A DNA stretch of 64,000 nt, taken from the IMG/VR virus record IMGVR_UViG_2890524856_000001, positions 1-64,000 of that record, one strand, 5' to 3'. Shown one piece after another: positions 19,348 through 29,027 of the stretch (positions are counted from its first letter, which is position 1; the number at the start of each line of letters is the position of its first letter). The notes beneath the pieces are model-generated. The model saw nothing but the letters and a program-made list of their open reading frames with translations, made no database searches and was not told the origin of the DNA. The position numbers and the translations under genes were made by a program. Origin of the DNA: a virus (lineage: Duplodnaviria > Caudoviricetes).

Positions 19348-19845
19348 TTAGACAGGCGCCCGATTACCAGGAATATCATCTCCGAAATAGTGGAAATGAA
19401 TAGTCCCTGTAATTGTCATAACCTGGGATCGGTTCTCCCAATCTCGGTCAGGGTTATCCAAGACCAAGAAGCAGTCGACGATTCGTTTGGCACGTATGAA
19501 CGATTCTGGAACGCCCTCATAGACTTTTGCATTGAAGCGGGCGCCGCTTCGAAGCTGGGACAGCATCATGGCCGAAACGTGATTTGCGGTTGTTTCGAAC
19601 AGCGTAATCGCCCCTTGATGGTAGATTTTAGTCTGCTGCGGCTGAGTTGAATTCATTCCCATTGGCATTGGAATTTCAATTTCGCCACCCGACGACATAA
19701 CAGGCCATGGAAACTGCTTCGTCAGCATCCACATGTCCTCAAAACCCTCGATTTCGAGTGCGCCGTCTGAGGAAATTACCTTATCACCCATAGCTCGAAT
19801 CGAGCCATAAGTACCCTTGAGTAAATTTAATGCAGAAATTGTCAT
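19348..19845 (-). CDS. Tail-tube-fold protein
   Basis: 165 aa with an Hcp/tube-like strand pattern; first gene after late promoter 3. Confidence 0.55.
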   Translation of the reverse strand: MTISALNLLKGTYGSIRAMGDKVISSDGALEIEGFEDMWMLTKQFPWPVMSSGGEIEIPMPMGMNSTQPQQTKIYHQGAITLFETTANHVSAMMLSQLRSGARFNAKVYEGVPESFIRAKRIVDCFLVLDNPDRDWENRSQVMTITGTIHFHYFGDDIPGNRAPV

Positions 19846-19879
19846 TGCCCCTCCTAAATGGGAAATGTCTAAAGTCTTT

Positions 19880-19920
19880 ACTTTAAGGAGAGGGGGAGCG
19901 ATTTAGTCCGCGACTTTTCC
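19880..19920 (-). promoter_or_regulatory. Putative late promoter 3 (GGAAAA-N29-TAAAGT)
   Basis: Exact spacing. Confidence 0.7.
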
Positions 19921-19952
19921 AAAAAACGCATGGAATAAGATGCCTTAGAAAT

Positions 19953-19982
19953 GAAAAAGCCCCGATATTTCTTCGGGGCTAG
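19953..19982. terminator. Hairpin terminator after the rha gene
   Basis: AAAAAGCCCCGA-loop-TCGGGGCT. Confidence 0.7.
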
Positions 19983-19996
19983 TGCGTATTTCAATA

Positions 19997-20926
19997 CTAA
20001 GTAGTTTGTCGGAATAGCATTTTTAATGCTTCATTACCAGCAGAAGTCCCAATTAAAGATAGCGCGCCTACTTGGGAATCAAGAATCTTAACCCCAGACT
20101 GGATCGCCATAAACTCAATATAAGGGGCATCGACATTGTGCCCATCCTGATGCATTTCTTCCAATAATTTAGCGATTGATGAAGAAAACCTTGCATTTGC
20201 AAATGTGCGTAAATCGAGCTTTGGAAGCTTCAATGACCCATCCTCACGAGTTCCGCAAAAATGAGGCTGCATAAGCATTTCTTTTGGATAAGAGTATTTT
20301 TTTTGCTCAACCGGTGAAATTGCCGGCGACTCAAGCAACTCCCATTCAGCAGCGTATCGCGTTATCAGAGATAAAGCTTCGGAGTACTCTGCCTTTGGAA
20401 TTTCGCGATAGTTGACGCCAAAATGCGACTTTAGCCTTGACCATCCCTTGACCATAAAAGTGGCCTGCTTATCTTTAGGGAGGTGGTCGCATGTTGCTTT
20501 CAACGTCATGCGAATTTCTTCAGCCTGGTCAGCAGACAAAACGTCATGTGAATTTACAGAATATGGGGCGCGACTTTGGCCTGAAATTCTCGCCAACTCC
20601 TCTTCCATCTTGTTAAACGCGTCAATGTAAGCCTCCTTCCACTTAGCAGCGTCTTTACCAGTGAAACCCATAGCAAGGAACATGAAGCCATCTCTTGCAA
20701 TTACGTAACAAGGCAATTTTCTTCCTGTTGAATCATAAAATTCACTCAGCGCAAAATTGCGTTCAGTGAATTCCGATGAACATTCCAATTTTGAAATTGC
20801 ACGCAACACATCCGCATGGCGCTTGCCGAACTTTTCAGCAATTAAATTGCTGCTAGTAACCGCACGGTCGTTTGTAATAGAAACAATGGAAGTTGCAAGA
20901 GCTGCGGATGATGTGGAATTAGACAT
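19997..20926 (-). CDS. Rha-family regulator / antirepressor with extra C-terminal domains
   Basis: TSSNLIAEKFGKRHADVLRAI...RDGFMFLAMGFTG..AAKWKEAYIDAFNKME is the Rha signature. Confidence 0.9.
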   Translation of the reverse strand: MSNSTSSAALATSIVSITNDRAVTSSNLIAEKFGKRHADVLRAISKLECSSEFTERNFALSEFYDSTGRKLPCYVIARDGFMFLAMGFTGKDAAKWKEAYIDAFNKMEEELARISGQSRAPYSVNSHDVLSADQAEEIRMTLKATCDHLPKDKQATFMVKGWSRLKSHFGVNYREIPKAEYSEALSLITRYAAEWELLESPAISPVEQKKYSYPKEMLMQPHFCGTREDGSLKLPKLDLRTFANARFSSSIAKLLEEMHQDGHNVDAPYIEFMAIQSGVKILDSQVGALSLIGTSAGNEALKMLFRQTT

Positions 20927-21084
20927 AGTGGCACCTTTTTGATTGATTTCAGAGATCAACCACTCCAAACTCCAATTTGGGGTGGGAGACTGTACGAGGT
21001 TGGAGTTCTAGCCAAAAGGAAAACTAGCGAGCCTTACGACTCCCTCGCACAGCCCCCCATAGGTAACAGCTGCGCCACGCGAAA

Positions 21085-21162
21085 AAAAAGCCGACATGAT
21101 GTAGGCTTCGCGCCCATTTTGGTTTCAGGACTCCACTCCCGATCGCCTCTTTATCAGCGATG
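21085..21162 (-). ncRNA. c4-like antisense RNA (P1/P7 immI type); target sites at ~20960-21050
   Basis: Hairpin ATCGC-loop-GCGAT, loop TGGAGT complementary to ACTCCA at 21001-21006, U8 tract; sits between a promoter and an antirepressor-type gene. Confidence 0.75.
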
Positions 21163-21167
21163 CAGAA

Positions 21168-21256
21168 ATCTTATTCCTTAGAAGTGCAAATGTCAAACCA
21201 ATCAAAAATTAGGCTTTTTCGGCGCAATTATAGCCATATATGAATAATTTTGGCAA
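21168..21256 (-). promoter_or_regulatory. Tandem sigma70 promoters for the c4/rha operon; the upstream one overlaps an operator
   Basis: TTGACA-N17-TAAGAT (21196-21168) and TTGCCA-N18-TATAAT (21256-21227). Confidence 0.75.
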
Positions 21257-21432
21257 CACAATATGTTTTCATTTTTTTATTTATTAGTACATTAAACCAC
21301 CCGCTTCTTAGCGATACCTACTTGCCAGCAAAAAAAAATCTATATATGAATTTTATTAACCACAAAATAATCAAATTAGCAATTATTGATAGGTAATTTT
21401 ATAATCAGTGAATCACAATAACATTTATATTT

Positions 21433-21828
21433 ATGAAACCGATTCGCTACGCATTTCTTCTTTCAACCCTAATTTTCACTTCAACATCAGCCTATTCTGA
21501 AGAGGCCTCTTTCACAAAGGATTATGAGATTTGCATGAGTAAATCGGATGGTATAACCACTGAAATGCTTGCATGCAATGATGATGAATTCACAAGGCAA
21601 GACAAGCTGCTAAACATAAACTACAAGCAGGTGATGAAAGTCGTATCGAATGAAAGAAGAAAAAGGATTCTTGATGCCCAGAGAGCCTGGATAAAGTACC
21701 GAGATACCAATTGCGACTCATACATTGACGCAGATGGCGGAACATCATCAATACTGAATGCATCATCTTGCAAGTTAAAATTAACGGCAGCAAGAGCATC
21801 TGAATTAAAGCTAATTTCAGGAAATTAA
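21433..21828 (+). CDS. LprI (DUF1311) family lysozyme-inhibitor-like periplasmic protein
   Basis: Signal peptide; C...TTEMLAC...DKLLNINY...QRAWIKYRDTNC...C signature. Confidence 0.85.
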   Translation: MKPIRYAFLLSTLIFTSTSAYSEEASFTKDYEICMSKSDGITTEMLACNDDEFTRQDKLLNINYKQVMKVVSNERRKRILDAQRAWIKYRDTNCDSYIDADGGTSSILNASSCKLKLTAARASELKLISGN

Positions 21829-21899
21829 CTTTAATCGGAAGTTGATTGAATGCGCCACTTGCGGCCTGCCCTCTTGACTTTCGATGGCAAATTAAAGCA

Positions 21900-21934
21900 A
21901 CAAAAAGCGTATAAAAAGTAATACGCTTTTTGTT
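21900..21934. terminator. Bidirectional terminator between lprI and the tape measure gene
   Basis: CAAAAAGCGTAT-loop-ATACGCTTTTTG. Confidence 0.8.
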
Positions 21935-21951
21935 GCAAAATATTCGATTGC

Positions 21952-24900
21952 CTAGCCGCCGCGCCAATTCCCACCTATCCCACCGGTTGCGATATGCGCA
22001 ATGCCTCTATCTTTGATGTCTTGACCGATATCACCCTTATCAACTTTGACGCTCAGTGGACTTTGTTTTTCCGATCCATATATTTGCGTCATAACACTTG
22101 ACGACGGAGCCTCAGGAATTGCGCTGGCCTGTGCTGGCATTTTTGGCATTTCAGGAATGCTAGGCATGGCCGGCATAGAAGGGACGGCAACCGGTTGCGC
22201 GCTCAAAATTGGAGATTCCCCATAATTCGTAACGGCGCTATTCCCAATCTTTGTTGGAGCAACCTCATCATCGTCATCTTCATCTGGCTCATAGTAAGGA
22301 ATTGGAGCGAATGATCGTTTTGATACGTCAGAGGGCGGTAACGGCTCGCTGTATTTAGGCGCGGCACCTGGAAGAGATGGAGCGAACATTGCATCCTGCG
22401 ACATGGGGTCAATGCCTTTATCACTAATCTTGTCTGCAATGGACTCTCCTCCAAGTACCGGCGTATTTTGTGTTCCGTCTTTCTTTTTATATAACGATGC
22501 AAACTCAGAATTATCGTACGTCATCCCAAATCTCCGGACATCTTTTGGCGATTCTTTTGGCGCACTTACATCCGACACATCTGGAATTATCGCCCCTTGT
22601 TTAGCTAATGTAGCCGCAGTAGGTTGAATGGCGGCATCCAATGGAATTGCAGATTCAGGCGTAGATCCTTTATCGCTAGTAGTCACTCCTTCTGTAGATG
22701 CCTTCGAAAGAGATCCAGATGGGTATGACGCCAACTCAAGTAGCCGATCTTTTTCCTTACTAGCCCTAGCAAGAGTCCCCGCTCGTTGCTCTTTGCTAGA
22801 GCTTGCAAACAATACATCATTATTCTTTATTTTATAGTCTTGAATCGCAGAAACAATATCTGCGTCACTCATTTTTGCGAGATCCTTGTCACCCAAGGCC
22901 GACTTGACCATTGATACTGCACCAGTTTTTGATTTATCGCTTCCAGCGCCAAATTGAGTACTGGTTGACCAAATTGCATCTTTAACAGCAGAGCCACGAT
23001 CTGACAGATCGATACCTGATTTTTTAAGACCGCTCATTGCTGGATCATAATGAGTGCTTTTTATAAAATCATGCTGTGCAGATTCAAATTTTGGGTCAGT
23101 TTTAGCAACATCTTTCCACTTATCGCTAAATTCCTTCGTACCTGGCTTCAACCCTTTGAAGGTATCCCCATATGAAGTAGATGATAAAAATTTATCTACC
23201 GTACCAGCTTTCGAAGAGAGTTGATAGGTGCCGTATGAAACGCCACCATTGTCTCCGCGCCCAGTTGAAACAGCCCCGGCTCCGGCCTTTCCAGACTCAA
23301 ACATTTTTGATGTTTGCCCTAAAATCCAATTTCCAGAACTCCGTGCACCATCAACAATTGCGCTGCTAGCTGCGATTGCAGCCCTGCCGCCGCGAGTATT
23401 AGCGGCTGCGGCGACCGCTCCGTCAATTGCATCTTTGCCCTTCTCAATTATTGGAGCCGATGCCTCTTTAACTTGAGTCGCCTTTTCAATTACGGCATCT
23501 TTGACAATACCTACCTTTTTTGATGCTCCATCAACAATTTCTGAGGCCTTTTTCTTACCATCCTCGATAACCTTATCAATATCGAGGCCAAATTTATCTT
23601 TGAGGAACCCCTTGACCGCATCAATAACAACCCCGAATGTCTTACTGACGGTTTTCGAAACATCTTCGAAATAGTCATTGAATTTTTTGACGCCGGCGTC
23701 CCATGTACTCGAGATCCCCATAACAGCAGAGTTCCAGCCAGACGAAATCAGTTCTGTCATTGAATTCCAGGTCGACATTATTCGCTTCGGCATATCGGAC
23801 TTGCGTAGGTCATTGACCCATCCGCCGATCTCCTTACCTACGATTTCTCCGCCGACACTTCCTAGCCAACCACCAAGCAGACCGCCTATAACAGTGCCAA
23901 CACCAGGTAAGATAAAAGTGCCGATGGTCGCGCCAAGCGCGGCACCGCCAGCCATCCCGCCGACAGAACCTGCCGTGCCTGACACATTTTCTATATGCCT
24001 GTCCTTTTTCTGGTCATCAGTTAGCGTGGAGTCAGCTTCAGTCGCATTCGCATCCATCGCCATGCCGCCGAGAGTAAGCAACGTACCCAATATAGGGACT
24101 TTCTTCAGCAACTTCCCTGCACCACCAGCTAATCGCCCCAGCTTAGAAGCAGATTTGACTGCTACGCCGGCCTCCGCAGCAACTGCGCCCCCGGCTGCTG
24201 AAGAATTTGCGCCAATTTCAGCGGCCTTCCCTCCTACGCCTAAAGCATCTTTCGCACGTTCAACTAATCCCTTTTTCGGCGCGCTACCAAACGATGGAAT
24301 CAGTCCGCCTATTACAGGAACTCTCCTCAACAAGTTTAATAGCGGCGCTAAAAGCATTCCCAGGAAACTTCCAACGCCAGATGAACTATTACCGGCAGCG
24401 CCAAGCTTTGTGCGATCTCCAAGAGCGTCCAGCTTTTTCTGGATTGCCTTACCCTGATCTTCATCACCACGCCGAATGTCGGTGAGAGCGCCCCATATCT
24501 GCTGATACCATGCAAGCTTACGCTTCTCAATACGCAGGGACATATCAGAACCATTGTCAGTTCTAGCCGCTGCTGTGGAACTTACCCCTGCGGCGCCACT
24601 CCGGCCAAGTCGTATTGCCCCGCGTGCCATTGGAATTGCAATTTTTCCGACTGGAGCCAGTAAAGACTTCATCTCGTTCGCAGCGGCGATAGTCGGATCA
24701 AAGTCTTGGCTCATCATTGATTTGCCAGCATCTACAGCCATGACTGCAGCTGATTTAAGATGCTTCAACCCTCCGTTTGACGTGCCGCCGTCCGGATCCC
24801 CTACTTCATTGCGCTTTAAAAATCGGCCATTCGCCGCCCGGTCTATTTTCTCCAGCATCGACTTATTAGAGGCCGCCGACTTTGAAATTTCCTGCGCTAT

Positions 24901-25269
24901 TAAATTTTCACCACTAGGCTTTGATGCTGCTATAAATCTCCCAGACGCATCTCGTTCACGGGGCTTAATTTGCGATAAATATTCATCGATAGCTTTTTTT
25001 GAGTCCGGATTCTCAACGTTTATCGTGGAAGTTTTTTGCGCGACCTGGTGCAAAGTCACATCACTTTTCTTTTTCAAATCAACTGGAACTACCGTAGAGT
25101 CATTTGCAGCCTTCGACTTAATAACCGAATTCATGGCAGCCTGATTTGCACCCATTGCGGAGCGTATTGCCGCTACATCAGCACGTATATCGTTCCAAAT
25201 AGAGATTGCCTTTGCCCAGTCAACGGGCTCACCCATAAGGAATCCGAGGTTATCGCTCTTTAATGCCAT
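21952..25269 (-). CDS. Tape measure protein with internal muramidase-like domain
   Basis: 1105 aa, Ala/Gly-rich with TM-like segments; SKMFESG...GDNGGVSYGTYQL domain resembles VgrG3-type peptidoglycan hydrolases. Confidence 0.8.
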   Translation of the reverse strand: MALKSDNLGFLMGEPVDWAKAISIWNDIRADVAAIRSAMGANQAAMNSVIKSKAANDSTVVPVDLKKKSDVTLHQVAQKTSTINVENPDSKKAIDEYLSQIKPRERDASGRFIAASKPSGENLIAQEISKSAASNKSMLEKIDRAANGRFLKRNEVGDPDGGTSNGGLKHLKSAAVMAVDAGKSMMSQDFDPTIAAANEMKSLLAPVGKIAIPMARGAIRLGRSGAAGVSSTAAARTDNGSDMSLRIEKRKLAWYQQIWGALTDIRRGDEDQGKAIQKKLDALGDRTKLGAAGNSSSGVGSFLGMLLAPLLNLLRRVPVIGGLIPSFGSAPKKGLVERAKDALGVGGKAAEIGANSSAAGGAVAAEAGVAVKSASKLGRLAGGAGKLLKKVPILGTLLTLGGMAMDANATEADSTLTDDQKKDRHIENVSGTAGSVGGMAGGAALGATIGTFILPGVGTVIGGLLGGWLGSVGGEIVGKEIGGWVNDLRKSDMPKRIMSTWNSMTELISSGWNSAVMGISSTWDAGVKKFNDYFEDVSKTVSKTFGVVIDAVKGFLKDKFGLDIDKVIEDGKKKASEIVDGASKKVGIVKDAVIEKATQVKEASAPIIEKGKDAIDGAVAAAANTRGGRAAIAASSAIVDGARSSGNWILGQTSKMFESGKAGAGAVSTGRGDNGGVSYGTYQLSSKAGTVDKFLSSTSYGDTFKGLKPGTKEFSDKWKDVAKTDPKFESAQHDFIKSTHYDPAMSGLKKSGIDLSDRGSAVKDAIWSTSTQFGAGSDKSKTGAVSMVKSALGDKDLAKMSDADIVSAIQDYKIKNNDVLFASSSKEQRAGTLARASKEKDRLLELASYPSGSLSKASTEGVTTSDKGSTPESAIPLDAAIQPTAATLAKQGAIIPDVSDVSAPKESPKDVRRFGMTYDNSEFASLYKKKDGTQNTPVLGGESIADKISDKGIDPMSQDAMFAPSLPGAAPKYSEPLPPSDVSKRSFAPIPYYEPDEDDDDEVAPTKIGNSAVTNYGESPILSAQPVAVPSMPAMPSIPEMPKMPAQASAIPEAPSSSVMTQIYGSEKQSPLSVKVDKGDIGQDIKDRGIAHIATGGIGGNWRGG

Positions 25270-25271
25270 TT

Positions 25272-26108
25272 TTATGTCACCGGGAAATAATTATCAAACT
25301 GAACAAAGGTCAGCACCAGTTCTTGCATCGCGCTATCTCTACGGGACAGCTCCATATCTATATTGCCCGGTCGTACATAGACAGTATCAACATACCCATC
25401 TGCGCCCCCAGACTCATCTGTAATGAATGAGTGAACCAGTCGAATTTTTATTAGGAAATCAGCTGGAAGCCCTACTGTTCCGTCGCTGGGGACAGCCTGT
25501 TTACATTTCCCGACAAACCATTTTTTCAAAGTTCCGTTCGCATCATCAAGTGTTGTAATGCGCATATCCATTGGCTCAGATGCCGAGAGCGAATCAACAG
25601 AGGTAGAGCCAATTTTTCGCTTCTCGCCCGTCAAAGTCCACGGGGAATATGAAACCTCTGTAGCAAACATATTGAAGGTGCCGGTAACCCCACCCTCCTC
25701 CATATACATTCCAGAATCGTCATCGGCAGGACTAACATCAGTGACCTCGATAAGAAAAAGATTTTTCCTTGCGAAATCAGTATTCGCATATCCGTCGTAT
25801 ATACGCTTAGCCTCAGATGGCGATATCCCTCCAAAACACGGAGTAGGCGTTTGCATGTAAAGCATCTGATCAATTATGTCGGCGCCAATAGACGACTTTT
25901 TACGAAGCGCCCCCATACCAACACCAATCGCAGATGCTATTGCGCCGTTCACGTTCCCGCTCAATAGCCTGGCGCCCGCGCCAATCAAACCACCCGCACC
26001 GGCCGGAAGGTGCTTCTTTAATTGCGCCTGAGCTATGCTGGAGCCAGCACTGAGCACCGCCCCTTTCGCACCTTGCAACTTTTGCGAAACATTATCAAAC
26101 AGCCCCAT
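25272..26108 (-). CDS. Tail protein with tube-like C-terminal domain
   Basis: Upstream of the tape measure gene; ARKNLFLIEV...LTFVQFD. Confidence 0.55.
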   Translation of the reverse strand: MGLFDNVSQKLQGAKGAVLSAGSSIAQAQLKKHLPAGAGGLIGAGARLLSGNVNGAIASAIGVGMGALRKKSSIGADIIDQMLYMQTPTPCFGGISPSEAKRIYDGYANTDFARKNLFLIEVTDVSPADDDSGMYMEEGGVTGTFNMFATEVSYSPWTLTGEKRKIGSTSVDSLSASEPMDMRITTLDDANGTLKKWFVGKCKQAVPSDGTVGLPADFLIKIRLVHSFITDESGGADGYVDTVYVRPGNIDMELSRRDSAMQELVLTFVQFDNYFPVT

Positions 26109-26110
26109 AT

Positions 26111-27664
26111 TTACTCCGCATATTCGCCATCTTTACCGTCGTCAATCTCCGGCTTAATATCTGCAATTTCTGCATACAGCTTCGCAAGTTCCTCATCCAA
26201 CAGGAATTGATTAGCAAGGATCGATTGGAAAATACTTTTTGGCAGACCAAGATCCTTCATTTGCTGCAGCGCCTGGACGAACAGTGCTGCGCTGTTTAGC
26301 GCCTCTGATTTCGTCTTTGCCTTCTCCGACTCCATAGCGGAAATCGAGCCATAGAAATTAATTTTGTATGGACGATTGCTTGGCTCAAAAACAATGCCGT
26401 ACCGCTTCATCGTGTGAATATCGATGATTGAGTAAAAGAATTCAGATAAGGCATGGCGAATTCCTCGAGCCCGTTCGGCCGCTTGCGCGCTAACGCGAAA
26501 GAAGCCCCCGTCGCCAAGCCCACCGGACAACTGGTCAGCGAATCCAAGCATGGAAAGATCAACACCCAGCGCGCCACTCAGCATTCGGGCATGAAGCATG
26601 ATGTCCTCAACGCTAATCGTGCCACCCCGGCCAGCCGCACCGTTTGGAGCGGTCGAAATAGTTTGAACCTGCTTTTCGTTAAACACCGGTATTAAATGCC
26701 GGATGCGCTCCATCACTGGACGCCCATTCTTAACTGCGTCCTCTGCACGCTGCTTTGATGCGCGCAACATCGTGGTGAAGGTTTTCAGGAACTTGTCTTG
26801 TTGACCTGAGGTCATCGATTGCATGTTGATGCTAATCATTTGCTCATCAATGGAATCCATCCAGCGCTGACCAAGCAAACCGAGCAACGATGCATACAGA
26901 TTGTCGTATGCCTCCTCTGCCTGATAGAGGAACGAGCCGCCGACCATGCCAGGAAGAATAGGCAATTTTTTTTCATCATCTTCCTGAAGGGTCATCCGAA
27001 AGGCTTTTTCAACTACCGAGTATTGCGGCACCCATAACGTGCGAGGCATCTTCAGGCGCGCCATTTGGTCAAGTTGCAGGCGATCTACCAGCTTTTGCCC
27101 TGAGTAAATCATGAACCCAACCGTTCTACTGCCACGCTCATATGGTTGAACCAGTGTAGGCCGCACCAATTCATCGACATATAAATCGGTTACGCCAATG
27201 CCAGGATGAGAATAGATACGAGCATAAGAGTCACCAAATGCCGCGCCGTTATATGCAGACGTGTAAGCAACCCGATTAAATAAGGATGATAAATCGGCTG
27301 AAATTTCATCGGCAATTGCGCCTAGCCTCTTGTCTTTTTCGGCAATTGGGGTCTTTTCAATGAAAACGACATCACCGGTAGTCTCATGTCCACCAAGTGC
27401 AGATGTGACCAGCAGCATCAGGGCACTACTTACTATCGGATCACCCTCCATGAATGACCATTTTTCATAGATAGATTGCCTTGCCTTTGCTACCCGACGA
27501 CCACTGCCGAGAAGCGCAGAAATCGTGGTGCCGCCATTGAATGTAAAGCCATCGGCCTCAGAGATTTGTTGCGCGGGAACTATATTACGGTTAAAAAAAG
27601 TCTTTGCCGACTGACCTAATTTACTGAATATCCCAATTTTTGATTTATCAACTGCGTTTGGCAT
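26111..27664 (-). CDS. prt: Portal protein (P1 Prt-like)
   Basis: 517 aa; IYEKWSFMEGDPIVSSAL and GFADQLSGGLGDGGFFRVS motifs. Confidence 0.75.
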   Translation of the reverse strand: MPNAVDKSKIGIFSKLGQSAKTFFNRNIVPAQQISEADGFTFNGGTTISALLGSGRRVAKARQSIYEKWSFMEGDPIVSSALMLLVTSALGGHETTGDVVFIEKTPIAEKDKRLGAIADEISADLSSLFNRVAYTSAYNGAAFGDSYARIYSHPGIGVTDLYVDELVRPTLVQPYERGSRTVGFMIYSGQKLVDRLQLDQMARLKMPRTLWVPQYSVVEKAFRMTLQEDDEKKLPILPGMVGGSFLYQAEEAYDNLYASLLGLLGQRWMDSIDEQMISINMQSMTSGQQDKFLKTFTTMLRASKQRAEDAVKNGRPVMERIRHLIPVFNEKQVQTISTAPNGAAGRGGTISVEDIMLHARMLSGALGVDLSMLGFADQLSGGLGDGGFFRVSAQAAERARGIRHALSEFFYSIIDIHTMKRYGIVFEPSNRPYKINFYGSISAMESEKAKTKSEALNSAALFVQALQQMKDLGLPKSIFQSILANQFLLDEELAKLYAEIADIKPEIDDGKDGEYAE

Positions 27665-27693
27665 AGATGAGGCTTCCCCAATGGTATAGCGTC

Positions 27694-27734
27694 ATTTTGC
27701 GTGGTCAAATGCATCTAGCTAAGCCCAATTTTCC
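27694..27734 (-). promoter_or_regulatory. Putative late promoter 4 (GGAAAA-N29-CAAAAT)
   Basis: Upstream of the portal gene; exact spacing. Confidence 0.7.
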
Positions 27735-27767
27735 CATTCAACACAACTCAAAGAGAATAAAAATACC

Positions 27768-27796
27768 TTGCCGCAAAAGCCATTTATGGCTACTAT
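27768..27796 (+). promoter_or_regulatory. Sigma70 promoter with overlapping operator
   Basis: TTGCCG-N17-TACTAT containing AAAGCC-ATTTAT-GGCTAC. Confidence 0.7.
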
Positions 27797-27840
27797 TATT
27801 CTCAATTGAATTTACCTATTTATTTTTAAGGAGCCCGAAT

Positions 27841-28089
27841 ATGCAAAAACAAGCACCAAAACCAAGGTGGATGAGTGACAACGCGTTAACGTTCATGCGT
27901 GTAAATGAATATTTCTGCAGCAAACGGCGCGCTACCGTCGTTACGCAATGCGATCTGGTGCATGCAGACGGCACGTTGCTTTATCAAGGCGTAAAGGCTA
28001 GCGAGGAAAAAGCTTTAGGCGTTCAAAAAGAAGTCGGTGCGATGGCCTGGGCAATTCAATGCAATACTGACGTTATCAATCCTCACTGA
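27841..28089 (+). CDS. Hypothetical protein (82 aa)
   Basis: AAGGAG RBS before ATG 27841; downstream of the operator-bearing promoter. Confidence 0.6.
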   Translation: MQKQAPKPRWMSDNALTFMRVNEYFCSKRRATVVTQCDLVHADGTLLYQGVKASEEKALGVQKEVGAMAWAIQCNTDVINPH

Positions 28090-28150
28090 TCTGAATACAC
28101 AAGGCTATATGGACATTTATTCACTAACACATTTGGAGTAAGTCACAAAA

Positions 28151-28537
28151 ATGATACCAGCGAGAAACATAGGTCAAATCGTTTCTACCCATAACTTGGC
28201 ATCGCAACGGCGAGCTGCAGGGAAGCCTGTATGGGATAGAACAATAAACATCAAGCATATTCTTCGTCGCGACCCACAAAATGAGTCAGAAGAACATGCC
28301 GCCAGTGTTGCAAATGAAATAGCGGCTGTTCTGCGCTCCAAAATTCCGGCAAAATTTCTCGATTTGAGTAATGACGAGTGTGATTCGGAATTGCTTGAAA
28401 TTGTCGAGGGTATGGAAAGCCTCCGTGCAGATAGTTTTATCGACTGTGAAGACTATTCGGCACTGGAAGACTTGAACGGCATGCTTAGTCAACTTTATGA
28501 TTGGGCTGACCTTGAACGAGTTTGGCTTGGAAACTAA
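28151..28537 (+). CDS. Acidic hypothetical phage protein
   Basis: GGAG RBS; C-terminal LYDWAD..RVW motif. Confidence 0.65.
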   Translation: MIPARNIGQIVSTHNLASQRRAAGKPVWDRTINIKHILRRDPQNESEEHAASVANEIAAVLRSKIPAKFLDLSNDECDSELLEIVEGMESLRADSFIDCEDYSALEDLNGMLSQLYDWADLERVWLGN

Positions 28538-28544
28538 TGAAGAA

Positions 28545-28580
28545 TCAAATCTCGCAGCGTACATATAGCTGCGAGATTTC
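28545..28580. terminator. Bidirectional terminator
   Basis: AAATCTCGCAGC-loop-GCTGCGAGATTT between converging genes. Confidence 0.75.
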
Positions 28581-28590
28581 TTATTGCCGA

Positions 28591-29019
28591 TCAGAGAAAT
28601 TCCATGCTCTCATCATAAAGCGACCAGAATTCACCATCTCCAAATAAGTCAAATTCACGTACGCCCTGGAATTGGGTAGCGTCATACCAAGTTGCAAACT
28701 CAAACGCAGCTACCATGGTCACATCAGGATCAAACAACCCGGATTCATTTAAACCGGTGTACACCATTTCAATTATGGGCTCGCCAACACCGGAAAAGTC
28801 ATAGCCCTTCTCGATCAATGCGGCCTTCAATGCCCACCAATATGCGCCATAGCGCAAATATGCTGCTTTACTTGATTGAATCCGCCGTACCATGACCTCC
28901 GCCATGAAATCGCTATGCGACTTACCTGGATAGCGAGTTTCGAACTCATGCCGGTAATCCGCCAGCTTGTCGCGCAGATACCCCTGATCAGGGAGATAGT
29001 TCACAAATGCTTTCATCAT
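28591..29019 (-). CDS. ulx: Ulx-like protein (Dar antirestriction accessory)
   Basis: YL...Y..YG.YW..LK..L.E.GY resembles P1 Ulx as recalled; directly downstream of darB as in P1. Confidence 0.7.
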   Translation of the reverse strand: MMKAFVNYLPDQGYLRDKLADYRHEFETRYPGKSHSDFMAEVMVRRIQSSKAAYLRYGAYWWALKAALIEKGYDFSGVGEPIIEMVYTGLNESGLFDPDVTMVAAFEFATWYDATQFQGVREFDLFGDGEFWSLYDESMEFL

Positions 29020-29027
29020 GCTGTACC

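Noticed and set aside
19339-19650. + strand ORF 19339-19650
   Set aside because: Antisense to the tube-like gene in a late operon, with no RBS
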